Source of the DNA: Candidatus Poribacteria bacterium
Lineage (GTDB): Bacteria; Poribacteria; WGA-4E; UBA9662
Reading direction: 5' to 3'
DNA length: 64,000 bases
NCBI GenBank assembly: GCA_046582655.1
Contig: JAYGDX010000027.1
Location: forward strand, 77,902-141,901
The notes under the pieces are model-generated. The model saw only the letters and a list, made by a program, of their open reading frames with translations. It was not told where the DNA came from and did not search any database. Below are positions 49,989 through 60,058 of the stretch, in pieces (position 1 is the first letter of the stretch; the number at the start of each line of letters is the position of its first letter). A program made the translations under genes and the position numbers.

Positions 49989-51596
49989 ATGACTTACCAA
50001 ACGCTAGATACATTGAGATTTGATAATCGCTTTACCCTTGACCTGCCTGCCGATCCCGAAACTGAAAACTACTGTCGGCAGGTAAGGAGGGCTTGTTATT
50101 CCCACGTAAAACCAACGAAAGTCTCACAACCACAACTCATCGCCTACACAAGAGAGGTAGCCGATATACTAAATCTAACTAGCGAGGAGTGCGAATTGCC
50201 TGACTTTGTGCAAGTCTTTTCGGGTAATCGTTTACTAGAGGGGATGACCCCCTACGCCACCTGTTATGGTGGCCACCAGTTTGGTCACTGGGCAGGGCAA
50301 CTTGGTGATGGTCGTGCAATAAATTTGGGCGAGGTCATCAACCAACAGGGAAAAAGATGGGCACTACAACTCAAGGGTGCAGGCCAGACTCCTTATTCGC
50401 GGAGGGCTGATGGCTTGGCTGTTTTACGCTCATCGGTACGCGAATTCTTATGCAGTGAAGCGATGTACCATTTGGGAATCCCCACCACACGAGCCTTAAG
50501 TCTGATATTGACTGGCGAAAAAGTTGTCCGCGATATGTTTTATGATGGTAATCCTAAGCTTGAGCTTGGAGCAATTGTCTGCCGAGTGGCTCCCTCGTTT
50601 ACGCGCTTTGGCAGTTTTCAGATTTTTACAGCTCGTGGGGAAACTGACGTGTTACAGCAGCTAATGGATTACACCATCCGCACCGATTTCTCTCATCTAG
50701 GAGAACCATCGCCAGAAGTCTATCTAGCTTGGTTTCAGGAAGTCTGCCAGCGGACAGCTGAGCTGATTGTCCACTGGACGCGGGTGGGATTTGTCCACGG
50801 CGTCATGAATACTGATAACATGTCCATTCTAGGTCTGACAATTGACTACGGCCCCTATGGTTGGCTGGATGATTATGCCCCTAACTGGACACCTAATACC
50901 ACCGATGCCGAGGGGAGACGTTACTGTTTCGACAAACAGTCTCATATTGCTCACTGGAACTTGGTTCAGCTAGCACAAACGGTTTATCCTCTGATTAAGC
51001 AGACAGAGCCATTGCAAAGCATTTTAGACAGTTATGCGAAAGAATTTGAGTGCGGTTGGCGAAAAATGATGGTCCAAAAACTGGGGCTGAACACCTTCAA
51101 GCCAGCAACTGACGAGGCGTTAGTGACTGAACTGCTTGCTATCCTACAGTTAGTTGAAACCGACATGACCATTTTCTACCGCCGACTTGCCTTGATTGAC
51201 GCCGAAGTTGGATCATTTTCTGACATGAACGAGGCAACATTCATGGAACCCATCATGGATGCATATTATCAACCAGAGCAGCTAACTAGCAACGATGTAA
51301 TGCGTATCGAGAATTGGATATGTAGCTACATAGAACGAGTTCGCCAAGATGGAATCTCAAATGAGACAAGACGAATGCGAATGAACAGCGTAAATCCAAA
51401 TTATGTTCTGCGTAACTATATGGCCCAGCTGGCTATCGATAAAGCAGAACAAGGAGACAATTCTATGATAAATGAATTGCTGGAATTACTCCGCTATCCT
51501 TACGATGAACAACTCGAAAAACGAGAATATGCAGTAAAACGTCCTGAATGGGCTCGCCATCGCGCAGGTTGCTCGATGCTTTCATGTAGCTCTTGA
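49989..51596 (+). CDS. selO: Protein adenylyltransferase SelO/YdiU
   Basis: YGGHQFG..AGQLGDGRA, QLKGAG.TPYSR.ADG, HGVMNTDNMS, DYGPYG, NPNYVLRNY, C-terminal CSMLSCSS. Confidence 0.96.
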   Translation: MTYQTLDTLRFDNRFTLDLPADPETENYCRQVRRACYSHVKPTKVSQPQLIAYTREVADILNLTSEECELPDFVQVFSGNRLLEGMTPYATCYGGHQFGHWAGQLGDGRAINLGEVINQQGKRWALQLKGAGQTPYSRRADGLAVLRSSVREFLCSEAMYHLGIPTTRALSLILTGEKVVRDMFYDGNPKLELGAIVCRVAPSFTRFGSFQIFTARGETDVLQQLMDYTIRTDFSHLGEPSPEVYLAWFQEVCQRTAELIVHWTRVGFVHGVMNTDNMSILGLTIDYGPYGWLDDYAPNWTPNTTDAEGRRYCFDKQSHIAHWNLVQLAQTVYPLIKQTEPLQSILDSYAKEFECGWRKMMVQKLGLNTFKPATDEALVTELLAILQLVETDMTIFYRRLALIDAEVGSFSDMNEATFMEPIMDAYYQPEQLTSNDVMRIENWICSYIERVRQDGISNETRRMRMNSVNPNYVLRNYMAQLAIDKAEQGDNSMINELLELLRYPYDEQLEKREYAVKRPEWARHRAGCSMLSCSS

Positions 51597-51722
51597 ATAC
51601 GAAGCTCCCAGTGTCCTATTTAGTTTCTTGCCAATTAGGAAATGGAATTGTTAGTTTTGACACAGAATCTAGGATGAAGTTATCAAATCATATTGGGCTG
51701 ACGGCCTTGCCAGCCCAAAGAG

Positions 51723-51880
51723 GAGCCTGTTGGAAGGTGTGATTTATAAAAGTAAGGATCACGTTTTAAGGTAATCAACCATATGGTAGTAAGAAGGACG
51801 GGCAGCGGGTATAATCAACTGAGGTCGGATGTACGCCTTACATCCGTCAACTTTAGTTGGCTCGATTCCAGCAGGCACTC
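51723..51880. repeat. Structured intergenic element (MITE-like or ncRNA)
   Basis: Ends GCCTGTTGGAA and TTCCAGCAGGC pair; internal perfect hairpin CGGATGTA-cgcct-TACATCCG; preceded by hairpin TTGGGCTG..CAGCCCAA (51693-51718). Confidence 0.45.
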
Positions 51881-51942
51881 ATTTAAACCTGCTTAGTTGT
51901 TCCCGATCCAAATTATTGCCCTCAAGGTGAGATCTGAGACAG

Positions 51943-52905
51943 GTGAAAGATAATCACGTACAGTTTGCCGTAGTCAGAGAAGACCCGAAAATAGAGGCGG
52001 AATTAGTTTGCTTACACCAAGTTAGCGAAGTGCTATTGATTGCCTCTGGTGGCTGTACAGCACTGACACTACAGGCATTGTTTCCTGATCTGCGTTTAAC
52101 CCTTCTTGATCTCAATCCAGCACAATTGGAGTTAATCAAGAAAAAAAGGCAGGCACTCACTGACACAAATATACGCCCCCACGCCTTCAATATCGGGACA
52201 AGCGATTCAAGGGGACTCAATCAGTGTGGAAACTTTGAATCTCTATTTCGGGGATTGCGTGAGTTTATCTTTGACCTAGTGGCTGACGAAGAGCAGGTTC
52301 GAGCGTTGTTTGAGGAGAGAGGTGGGCTTAAACGTGCCACGGAACTTCTCTTTTCGAACAGATATTGGCCAGTAGCGTTCGATCTGTTTTTTAGCGATTC
52401 ACTTCTAAACACGATGTTTGGACCCAATGCGACGCAGCATGCGAAGCCCGGAAGTTACCCAAAATACTTTCAGAAATTATTTGAAAAAGGGCTGATGTCT
52501 GACCAGGCATTCGACAATTATTTTCTCCACCATGTTTTTCTTGGGTACTATCTCGATCGGCCCACCAGCCTACCGCACTACCTGACTGTCTCACCACCCG
52601 ATTATCACTTTCAGATGGTGGAAGGGACACTCGATCAGGTTTCCGACTTAGGTTGTTTCGATCTGATTAGCCTATCCAACATCATGGACTGGATGTCACC
52701 GGCTGATATCACCACCCTTTTGGTTAAGCTTCAAAACCAGATGAAGTCGGGAGCGATTGTTCTTTATCGCCAACTCAATAATCCTATAGATCTGGAGACT
52801 GAATTCGGTGATTCATTTCAGTTTGATCCAGCTTTGGGAAATAGGCTATTGGAAGCCGAACGAAGCTTATTCTATTCTAGCATTCACGTCGGGAAAAAGA
52901 GGTAA
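51943..52905 (+). CDS. DUF3419/BtaA-like SAM-dependent transferase (putative 3-amino-3-carboxypropyl transferase)
   Basis: FAVVREDP.IE, LIASGGCTAL, LDLNPAQL, GNFE, FDLISLSNIMDWM are BtaA/DUF3419 hallmarks. Confidence 0.8.
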   Translation: MKDNHVQFAVVREDPKIEAELVCLHQVSEVLLIASGGCTALTLQALFPDLRLTLLDLNPAQLELIKKKRQALTDTNIRPHAFNIGTSDSRGLNQCGNFESLFRGLREFIFDLVADEEQVRALFEERGGLKRATELLFSNRYWPVAFDLFFSDSLLNTMFGPNATQHAKPGSYPKYFQKLFEKGLMSDQAFDNYFLHHVFLGYYLDRPTSLPHYLTVSPPDYHFQMVEGTLDQVSDLGCFDLISLSNIMDWMSPADITTLLVKLQNQMKSGAIVLYRQLNNPIDLETEFGDSFQFDPALGNRLLEAERSLFYSSIHVGKKR

Positions 52906-52911
52906 CTGGCT

Positions 52912-53625
52912 ATGAACACACTTATTAAACAGATCTTGAAAGAAACAAATCCGCAAATGAATCCATACTTTGTATCTTTGCGAAATGGTACTTTTGACAA
53001 AGATGATTTTGTCGAAACACAGATTCAATTCTATTTTGCTGTAGTGTTCTTCAATCGTCCAATGGCAGCAATTGCAGCCAAGATTCCGGAAGCGGAATTG
53101 CGCTTAGAGGTTATTCGCAATGTGTGGGAGGAACATGGAGAAGGTAATCCATCGCTGATGCATGGAAACACATTTCTAGCGTTCCTAGATCGACTAGCAG
53201 AGATTAACCTCGAAGACATTGCGGTACGGGCAATGTGGCCCGAAGTTCGTGCTTTCAATACGACACTTGTTGGTGCTTGCGTGATGGATGAGTACCTGAT
53301 TGGCGTTGGGGTCTTGGGGTTCATCGAACTTATATTCTCAGACATTGCGGGATGGATCGGGCAAGAAATTGTGAATCACGGTTGGATTTCGGCAGAACGA
53401 TTGATTCACTATAATCTGCATGAGGATCTGGACGTTAAGCATTCAGACGATTTTTTTGATGTGCTTCGTCCACCATGGGAAGCTGATGTCGAAAATCGCT
53501 ACTATATTGAGCAGGGACTGCGTCTTGGCGCATTCATCTTCAATTCGCTTTATGAAGATCTTTACAATGCACGAACGCGTAGAATCTTTCGCGATGTGCG
53601 TGGACCACATACGCGAGCGTCGTAG
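52912..53625 (+). CDS. Heme-oxygenase-like diiron oxidase (HDO; PqqC/CADD/TenA fold)
   Basis: NVWEEHGEG..H, FIE, HYNLHEDLDVKH metal-ligand pattern. Confidence 0.85.
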   Translation: MNTLIKQILKETNPQMNPYFVSLRNGTFDKDDFVETQIQFYFAVVFFNRPMAAIAAKIPEAELRLEVIRNVWEEHGEGNPSLMHGNTFLAFLDRLAEINLEDIAVRAMWPEVRAFNTTLVGACVMDEYLIGVGVLGFIELIFSDIAGWIGQEIVNHGWISAERLIHYNLHEDLDVKHSDDFFDVLRPPWEADVENRYYIEQGLRLGAFIFNSLYEDLYNARTRRIFRDVRGPHTRAS

Positions 53626-53646
53626 TATACTTTAGATTGGGACTGT

Positions 53647-54468
53647 GTGATGCAGAAGCGTCCTTTCAATATCCGAGGATTACGGGAAAGTGATTGGGAA
53701 ATTTTTCAGGATCGTATTGCGGACTTGGAAAAGGGAACCAGCTATCCATTAGGCGGCGATCGGTTTGAGATTGATCACGGTAAAAATTACTTTGCATTCT
53801 TTACTCGTCTAGGCAAATTACACTACTACGTTGTACTCGATGGAGAAAAAGTCATAGCAGTAGCCGCTGCAATCCTGCGTCAAATACAGCCCATTGGGAG
53901 TGAAAAGCCCAAAAAGGTATGGTACCTTTGTGATTTGAAAGTGCGGCCAGAATCGCGCGGGCAGTACATCCCATTCAAGATGTTTGTCTGTGCCGTTCCA
54001 AAACATTATCTTCTCTGCCCACGTGGGTATGCCATATCGATGGATACGGGTATCGGACGTAAAAATCTTGTCGCGCTTATGCTGACACGATTCCCATTGG
54101 TACCAATTTCGATTGCAACGAAGCTAGGTATCGTCTCTTTAGATTGCGAAAGAATGCGGTCCGTTGAACCAGTCCTACGAGAGTATCTCGGATCTGTGTC
54201 TTATCTTTCGCTGGAAGGGAAAAAGGACATCATCTTGGAAAGTACGCAATCCCCTATGCCACTGCTACATGTTCAGTTCGGTCATTGTGCCCAGCAGGGA
54301 TATCCCGAACCGCTTGATGGTTATACACATATGTTATGTGCACCCATCGATGACCCTTTGCTTAAAGCATTGAGTTATCAAGCAATTTATCCATCTGCCA
54401 CCGCAACAGTGATTCATCACCGTATGGAGGATTGGGACTGGCGATTTATACTCACCAGTGATATCTGA
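53647..54468 (+). CDS. GNAT-fold acyltransferase
   Basis: YYVVLDGEKVIAV..ILR, VWYLCDLKVRPESRG (acyl-CoA-binding motif A). Confidence 0.7.
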   Translation: MMQKRPFNIRGLRESDWEIFQDRIADLEKGTSYPLGGDRFEIDHGKNYFAFFTRLGKLHYYVVLDGEKVIAVAAAILRQIQPIGSEKPKKVWYLCDLKVRPESRGQYIPFKMFVCAVPKHYLLCPRGYAISMDTGIGRKNLVALMLTRFPLVPISIATKLGIVSLDCERMRSVEPVLREYLGSVSYLSLEGKKDIILESTQSPMPLLHVQFGHCAQQGYPEPLDGYTHMLCAPIDDPLLKALSYQAIYPSATATVIHHRMEDWDWRFILTSDI

Positions 54469-54498
54469 CTAAGACATAAGGTAGGAGGTTTAGAATTT

Positions 54499-54629
54499 CA
54501 TTGCCTAATTTAGTTGCCAATCAAGTCTGAAATTAAAGCTATGTCCCTCCGAAGAAGTAAGCGAGGCATTGTTTGGGCTCAAGACGAGGGGATTTGGGGC
54601 AAAGGTATTGAGAATAAATTGAGGCAATA
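54499..54629. mobile_element. MITE-like element, about 130 bp
   Basis: Ends CATTGCCTAATTTA and TAAATTGAGGCAATA are near-complementary; related short ends occur at 51609-51644. Confidence 0.4.
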
Positions 54630-54718
54630 CTTATCAGCCACTTAGCGGTTCAACTCAGTTTATGAGCTACCAGAATGTGTCTTACTATATTCATAATCAA
54701 GTCAACTTTTATTTATTC

Positions 54719-56053
54719 ATGGTAAGAAGACTTGTAAGCATGCTGGCGATATTCTTGCTACTGTTATTGCCCACTGCGGCCAATGACGATGGCATTAGTG
54801 CCGAGGCAAAGCGCTACTGGCCGCAATGGCGTGGGCCTTTGAGTACTGGTGTTGCGCCGTATGCCGACCCTCCAGTGGAATGGAGCGAGAGTAAAAACAT
54901 CCGCTGGAAAATCTCAATGCCGGGCAATGGGCATTCGACGCCAATTGTCTGGGGTGATCGCGTATTCATCACTACGGCTGTCCCTTACGGCGACGTTTTG
55001 GAACCCAGATATAGTGATGCTTTAGGCTCACATGACAACCTGCCGGTAACACATCATCACAAGTTTGTGGTCCTTGCCTTAAGCCGCCACAACGGAAAGA
55101 TTCTCTGGCAACGAGTGGTGCATAAGGAATTGCCGCGTGAGGGGGGACATTATACAGCCAGCTTTGCCTCCAACTCGCCAGTGACCGATGGTGAACATCT
55201 GTTTGTCTTCTTCGGCTCACACGGACTTTACTGCCTTGACCTCGACGGTGCAGTCCAATGGGAAAAGGACCTCGGTCAAATGCAGACCAAACACGGACAC
55301 GGAGAGGGAAGTTCGCCGGTGCTTTACGATGATACGCTGATTATCAACTGGGACCATGAAGGCCAGTCTTTTGTGGTTGCTTTCGACAAAAATACTGGGA
55401 AACAGCTTTGGAAGGTTGAACGTGAAGAAGTGACATCGTGGGCGACGCCAATCGTGGGCGAGCACAAAGGTGCACCGCAAGTCATCATCAGCGGTACCAG
55501 TCGTGTGCGGGGTTACGACCTAGCCACCGGCAATGTTATCTGGGAATGCGGAGGGCTTTCTGCCAACATCGTGGCTTCGCCAGTGGCGGCCGATGGAATC
55601 GTTTATGTTGGTAGTAGCTATGAAAAACGTGTATTGCTGGCCATCCGACTGGACGGTGCCCAAGGAGATATTACCGGTAGCGACCAAGTGGTGTGGACCC
55701 GCAAACGAGGCACCCCGTATGTGCCGTCACCGCTACTTTATGGAGAGTGGTTGTACTTTCTTCGCCATTATCAGGGAATCCTGTCACGGGTAAGGGCGAA
55801 GACTGGCCAGGAGAGGGATGGCCCATTTCGACTCGGTGGCATTGGCAACGTCTATGCTTCGCCGGTCGGAGCCGCCGACCGCTTGTACATCACCGACCGT
55901 TCGGGCACAACGCTGGTAGTTAGCCACGAGCAGAATCCCCGCGTACTGGCACAAAACCAGCTCGACGACTATTTCAGCGCCTCGGTAGCTATTGCTGGCT
56001 GTGAACTGTTCTTACGAGGGGAGAAATACCTCTACTGTATTGCCGAAGAATAA
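54719..56053 (+). CDS. PQQ-like beta-propeller (BamB-like) exported protein
   Basis: Signal peptide, WPQWRGP, repeated SSP/TP..G...W motifs, YLYCI terminus. Confidence 0.88.
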   Translation: MVRRLVSMLAIFLLLLLPTAANDDGISAEAKRYWPQWRGPLSTGVAPYADPPVEWSESKNIRWKISMPGNGHSTPIVWGDRVFITTAVPYGDVLEPRYSDALGSHDNLPVTHHHKFVVLALSRHNGKILWQRVVHKELPREGGHYTASFASNSPVTDGEHLFVFFGSHGLYCLDLDGAVQWEKDLGQMQTKHGHGEGSSPVLYDDTLIINWDHEGQSFVVAFDKNTGKQLWKVEREEVTSWATPIVGEHKGAPQVIISGTSRVRGYDLATGNVIWECGGLSANIVASPVAADGIVYVGSSYEKRVLLAIRLDGAQGDITGSDQVVWTRKRGTPYVPSPLLYGEWLYFLRHYQGILSRVRAKTGQERDGPFRLGGIGNVYASPVGAADRLYITDRSGTTLVVSHEQNPRVLAQNQLDDYFSASVAIAGCELFLRGEKYLYCIAEE

Positions 56054-56256
56054 AAGTATTTGACCAGCTATATTCATCACGTGGCTTAGTAAGGTGAGCA
56101 GCGGCAAGATCGTAGCGAGCCAGTCCGGTTCAGAAATGCCTGGATGCGTCATGTGAAAAGTTACAACGAATGCCAAGACTTAAACCTTCTTGGCTGGATT
56201 AGAGGTTGTTGGCCAACTACTGACAACCTTATTTTTTCATGGATTGGCATCATCGC

Positions 56257-56285
56257 TTGACACTGATTAGCCCAAATGCTAGAAT
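56257..56285 (+). promoter_or_regulatory. Sigma70 extended -10 promoter
   Basis: TTGACA-17 bp-TAGAAT with TG at the extended position. Confidence 0.6.
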
Positions 56286-56385
56286 CGAATTTGTTAGTTA
56301 AATAATATAGCATCTACAAGCCAGGACTGGATCTTGACCCCCATTTTACTCTGATCAACACGGGTGGGAATACTTTCTGGGCTTA

Positions 56386-57469
56386 GAAACGCAGATCTCC
56401 CAACCCTTGATTATCCAATCAATTGATTTGTTTCAATTTCATGAGGTTTACTTGATGCTGGCCATTAGTCAGAATGGTGTTGTCGGAATTGCTACTACCC
56501 ATACCAGAGTTTGTTATTGGTTGCCGATGCTCAAAGATCTAGTTGTACTGGCCTTTATTGGACAGGATGCTCGACACTTAGAACAACTTGTTAATCGTGT
56601 TTATGTCTACCAAAACAATTACAAGTACCGAGGTTCTCCCTTCTAGACCTGTGTGGCCTATGTCGAGGCTAGCCTATGGGACCTGTTAGGGCAAGCGACT
56701 GATCGATCGGTAAGTCAATTAATGGGCGGTGCTTAGCGAACAGAAATGCCTACTTATCTATCGAGTGTGAGACAGGATACCACTCCATAGGAAGAGATCA
56801 ACTAGATTGGACAGCGCTTGGTGGAGACAAAGGTTAAAGCAGTCAAGATGATAATCGGTGGGCGAATACAGAACAATGTTGACTCGATGTCAAATCGCAT
56901 CAAGAAGCTAATCTTGCTGGTGCGTAAAACCTGAGGGTCGGAGATTATCCTCTACGTTGATGCCAATGGTTCCCACGGCCATCAAAAGGAAATTGAAGTG
57001 GGCAAATTTTAGATGCTAACAACTGCAGTTGATTTAGGAACCGTGTCCGCTTGAGCTGTATAAAGCCACATGCAAGGTCGGGATGTGGCTGGTGGTGAAC
57101 AGAACTGTAACTTGGGACAGTTCCGACTCATGATCCGCGATCGCTACGTGAATGTGATTCACCCCGATCTGGTGTATAATAGAGGATTAATTTGTACCTT
57201 ACAGTGGGCTAAGTGGCAGAAGTGGCAGGCATCCCATTGTGCCTTATAGTTCGAAGCATAATCCAGAACTGGCAACACTGCTTCATTTTGCTGTTGTTTG
57301 TTGGCACACGGGGCCGTTCATGGAGTTTCCTGCACGTTCGGTGACATACGATGATTGGTACCAGCCACAATTCAGAATTGAATCTGGTGGATTGGTTGAG
57401 GTTCCCACTGGACTAGGATTGGGGATTTCCTACGATCCGTTGATTTGAGATGCAGTTGCTGAAGTCTAA
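56386..57469 (+). pseudogene. Mandelate racemase/muconate lactonizing enzyme pseudogene
   Basis: FIGQDAR, VEASLWDLLG, AVKM, YVDANGS, AGGEQ, HPDL, EVPTGLGLG with multiple in-frame stops and frameshifts. Confidence 0.85.
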
Positions 57470-57541
57470 CCAGAGATCGAACTCAAATTCAAGCACTCGG
57501 AAAACGAGATTCGGTGATAGAAATAACTTTAGGAGGAAAGC

Positions 57542-58948
57542 ATGCACTTTAACACCATTGTTGAAGTAGCTAAACTTATCCAGTCCAAACAACTCTCACC
57601 GATCGAACTGACGCAGATGCAACTGGAACGCATTCAGCAGTGGGATCCACACCTCAAAAGTTATGCTACATTGATGGCAGGACAGGCTATGGATACGGCT
57701 AGGCAGGCCGAGGCCGAAATTATGTCGGGGCATTATCGAGGACCGCTGCACGGCGTACCGATTGCCGTCAAAGACCTGTGCTATACCCGTGGCGTTCGCA
57801 CTATGGGTGGGGCTCAGGTCAAGGTTGATCATGTCCCAAATCATGACGCTACTGTGGTACAAAAATTGGCTGGCGCTGGAGCGATTCTGTTGGGTAAGCT
57901 AAACCTGACCGAAGGCGCCATGGGGGGATATAACCCCGCCTTTCCTATCCCAATCAATCCGTGGCATCCAGAACGCTGGACCGGGTCGTCCTCCAGCGGA
58001 TCTGGTGTGGCCACCGCCAGCGGAATCTGTTTCGGTTCTTTAGGGAGTGATACGGGCGGGTCCATCCGTTTCCCTTCGGCAGCTTGTGGAGTGGTGGGCC
58101 TGAAACCAACTTGGGGCCGTGTCAGCCGCTACGGTGTCCTGGCGCTGGCTGAATCGATGGATCATATCGGTACTATGACCCGCAGTGTGGCTGATGCCGG
58201 ACTGATGCTGCACGCCATTGCCGGTCCCGACCCCAATGATCCGACCACCTTGCCCCATTCGGTGCCAGAGATGTTGGACAAACTGGGACAAGGGTTGACC
58301 GGTATCAGAATCGGTTTTGACCAACACTATGCCACCTCAGATGTCGACCCGGAGCTGGTCGCAGCCGTTGGTGACAGTGTCGATGTGTTGGTCGATCTGG
58401 GTGCCGAGTTAGTTGAAATCGAGTTACCGGATATTGATCCGTTTGTGCTGGCTTGGCCAGTGCTCTGCACGGCAGAAGCGGTTTTAGCCCATCAAGCTAC
58501 CTATCCGTTGCAACGAGAGACTTATGGGCCATGGTTCCGCGGTTGGTTGGATAAAGGGGCAAATGTCACTGGGGCTGACTACGCCAGAGCTAATAACCTC
58601 CGAGTTGCTTGTAACGGCCATTTCCAGCGCGCCATATCGGAAATTGATATTCTAGTTTGTCCTTCTATGTCGGCGCCACCACATCCAGTCACGGCTGAGA
58701 CGTTGTATGGTCCCATGACTGACCGACCGCCGAAGTTCCAAAGATTCACCGTCCCCTTCAACTATAACGGGATGCCAACGCTTTCTCTCCCCTGTGGCTT
58801 TACCAGCGACCATCTCCCGCTGAGCCTACAATTGGTGGGGAAGCATCTATCTGAACCTTTGCTGTGTCAGGTTGGGCATGCTTACCAACAGGCCTCCACC
58901 TGGCATCAGCGTCATCCAGACCTTGAACGTGTTCGCACGGCTAACTAA
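57542..58948 (+). CDS. Amidase signature family protein
   Basis: GPLHGVPIAVKD, GSSSSGS, GSDTGGSIRFPS (Lys-Ser-Ser triad). Confidence 0.93.
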   Translation: MHFNTIVEVAKLIQSKQLSPIELTQMQLERIQQWDPHLKSYATLMAGQAMDTARQAEAEIMSGHYRGPLHGVPIAVKDLCYTRGVRTMGGAQVKVDHVPNHDATVVQKLAGAGAILLGKLNLTEGAMGGYNPAFPIPINPWHPERWTGSSSSGSGVATASGICFGSLGSDTGGSIRFPSAACGVVGLKPTWGRVSRYGVLALAESMDHIGTMTRSVADAGLMLHAIAGPDPNDPTTLPHSVPEMLDKLGQGLTGIRIGFDQHYATSDVDPELVAAVGDSVDVLVDLGAELVEIELPDIDPFVLAWPVLCTAEAVLAHQATYPLQRETYGPWFRGWLDKGANVTGADYARANNLRVACNGHFQRAISEIDILVCPSMSAPPHPVTAETLYGPMTDRPPKFQRFTVPFNYNGMPTLSLPCGFTSDHLPLSLQLVGKHLSEPLLCQVGHAYQQASTWHQRHPDLERVRTAN

Positions 58949-58972
58949 GGACCAAAGAAAGGAGTTTCCCAG

Positions 58973-59743
58973 ATGAGATTTGGAGTTTGTGCACCATTAG
59001 AGAAAATGGATCGACTGGCAGAGGTCGGTTACGATTATATTGAGTTGGGGGTACAGAGTGCTTTGATCCCTGAAAAAGATGAAGCCGAGTTCCAACAGAT
59101 TCAAGCCCAAGCACTGAGCCATTCCATCAAAGCCGAAGCTTATGCTGGATTTCTGCCTGGTGACCTGCGCGTCGTTGGTGATGAGATCGATCAGCAGCGG
59201 TTATCCAGTTACGTGGAAACCACCTGTCGTCGAGCGCAATCGTTGGACAGCAAGATCATTGTCTATGGCAGTAGCGGTTCCCGCAACGTAGCTGAGGGTT
59301 GCGACTTTGATCGAGCTTTGGGCCAAATCGCCGACTTTTTATCGATGGCTGCTGACCATGCCGAAACCCATGGTATCGTCATTGTCATTGAGCCGCTTTG
59401 TGCCCGCGAGTGCAACATCATTCAAACTGTGGCCGATGGACTGGCCATGGCCAAACGTGTCAACCGTCCCGGCATCCAAGTTCTAGCCGATCTGTATCAT
59501 GTCTGGCAGGAATCTGAACCGATGTCCAATATCGTTGATGCCGCTGAGTGGCTGGCACACGTCCATATCGCCGAACCAGTTAAACGGTCTTATCCGGGAA
59601 ACGATAGTTTCGATTTTTTTGATTTCTTCTCTGCCCTTAAAGCAGCGGGGTATCAGGGACGAGTCTCCTGCGAGTGTAGCTTCGACGACTTTGATTGCGA
59701 TGTTGAAACGGCCTTACATACTATGAAATCTTATCTGGAATAA
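58973..59743 (+). CDS. Sugar phosphate isomerase/epimerase (TIM barrel)
   Basis: GYDYIE, IEPL..ECN, ADLYH, HVHIAE, GYQGRVSCE. Confidence 0.9.
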   Translation: MRFGVCAPLEKMDRLAEVGYDYIELGVQSALIPEKDEAEFQQIQAQALSHSIKAEAYAGFLPGDLRVVGDEIDQQRLSSYVETTCRRAQSLDSKIIVYGSSGSRNVAEGCDFDRALGQIADFLSMAADHAETHGIVIVIEPLCARECNIIQTVADGLAMAKRVNRPGIQVLADLYHVWQESEPMSNIVDAAEWLAHVHIAEPVKRSYPGNDSFDFFDFFSALKAAGYQGRVSCECSFDDFDCDVETALHTMKSYLE

Positions 59744-59958
59744 ATTAAACCGTTCTGTAGACTTAATCAGGAGGATAACATGTCGGACTGGGTCAAGCAG
59801 CTTCCTTTGGGGGCGTGTACCCATCCCATGCGAAACCCCATCTCAGCTTGGTTTTGAACAGCGGATCAACGCCCATTTGATTGCGTTGGGCATGGCTTTA
59901 GCCCACTATAATTGATCCAACACCCACAAATCTCGCATGCTGATAGTACATATAATGA

Positions 59959-60038
59959 GCTCAACCAGTCGATTGTCTTCTTCTGCGTCAATGAGGCCTT
60001 AGTAGGCATCCGCCCGCGACTGAACTAAATCGTTAGGA
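59959..60038 (+). other. Degenerate integron attC-like site
   Basis: GCTCAAC (RYYYAAC)-CAGTCG ... CGACTG-AAC-taaatc-GTTAGGA immediately before the RBS of the GH5 gene. Confidence 0.4.
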
Positions 60039-60058
60039 AGCAAACTCAGGAGAAAAAT

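Noticed and set aside
51570-51620. SelO ending in TGA as a possible selenoprotein
   Set aside because: The position equivalent to eukaryotic Sec is already Cys (CSS), and TGA follows the usual C-terminus.
56386-57469. Many in-frame TAG/TGA codons in the mandelate-racemase-like gene suggesting stop-codon recoding (Pyl, Sec or an alternative code)
   Set aside because: The gene also has frameshifts, several stops fit simple point mutation of TGG, and intact genes in the window end normally at TAG and TGA.
57542-58948. Amidase as gatA
   Set aside because: No gatB or gatC neighbours and an accessory context; left as a generic amidase.
59780-59950. Strong RBS and ATG followed by a short broken frame (MSDWVKQ...)
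   Set aside because: Probably a gene remnant, but no family could be recognised.
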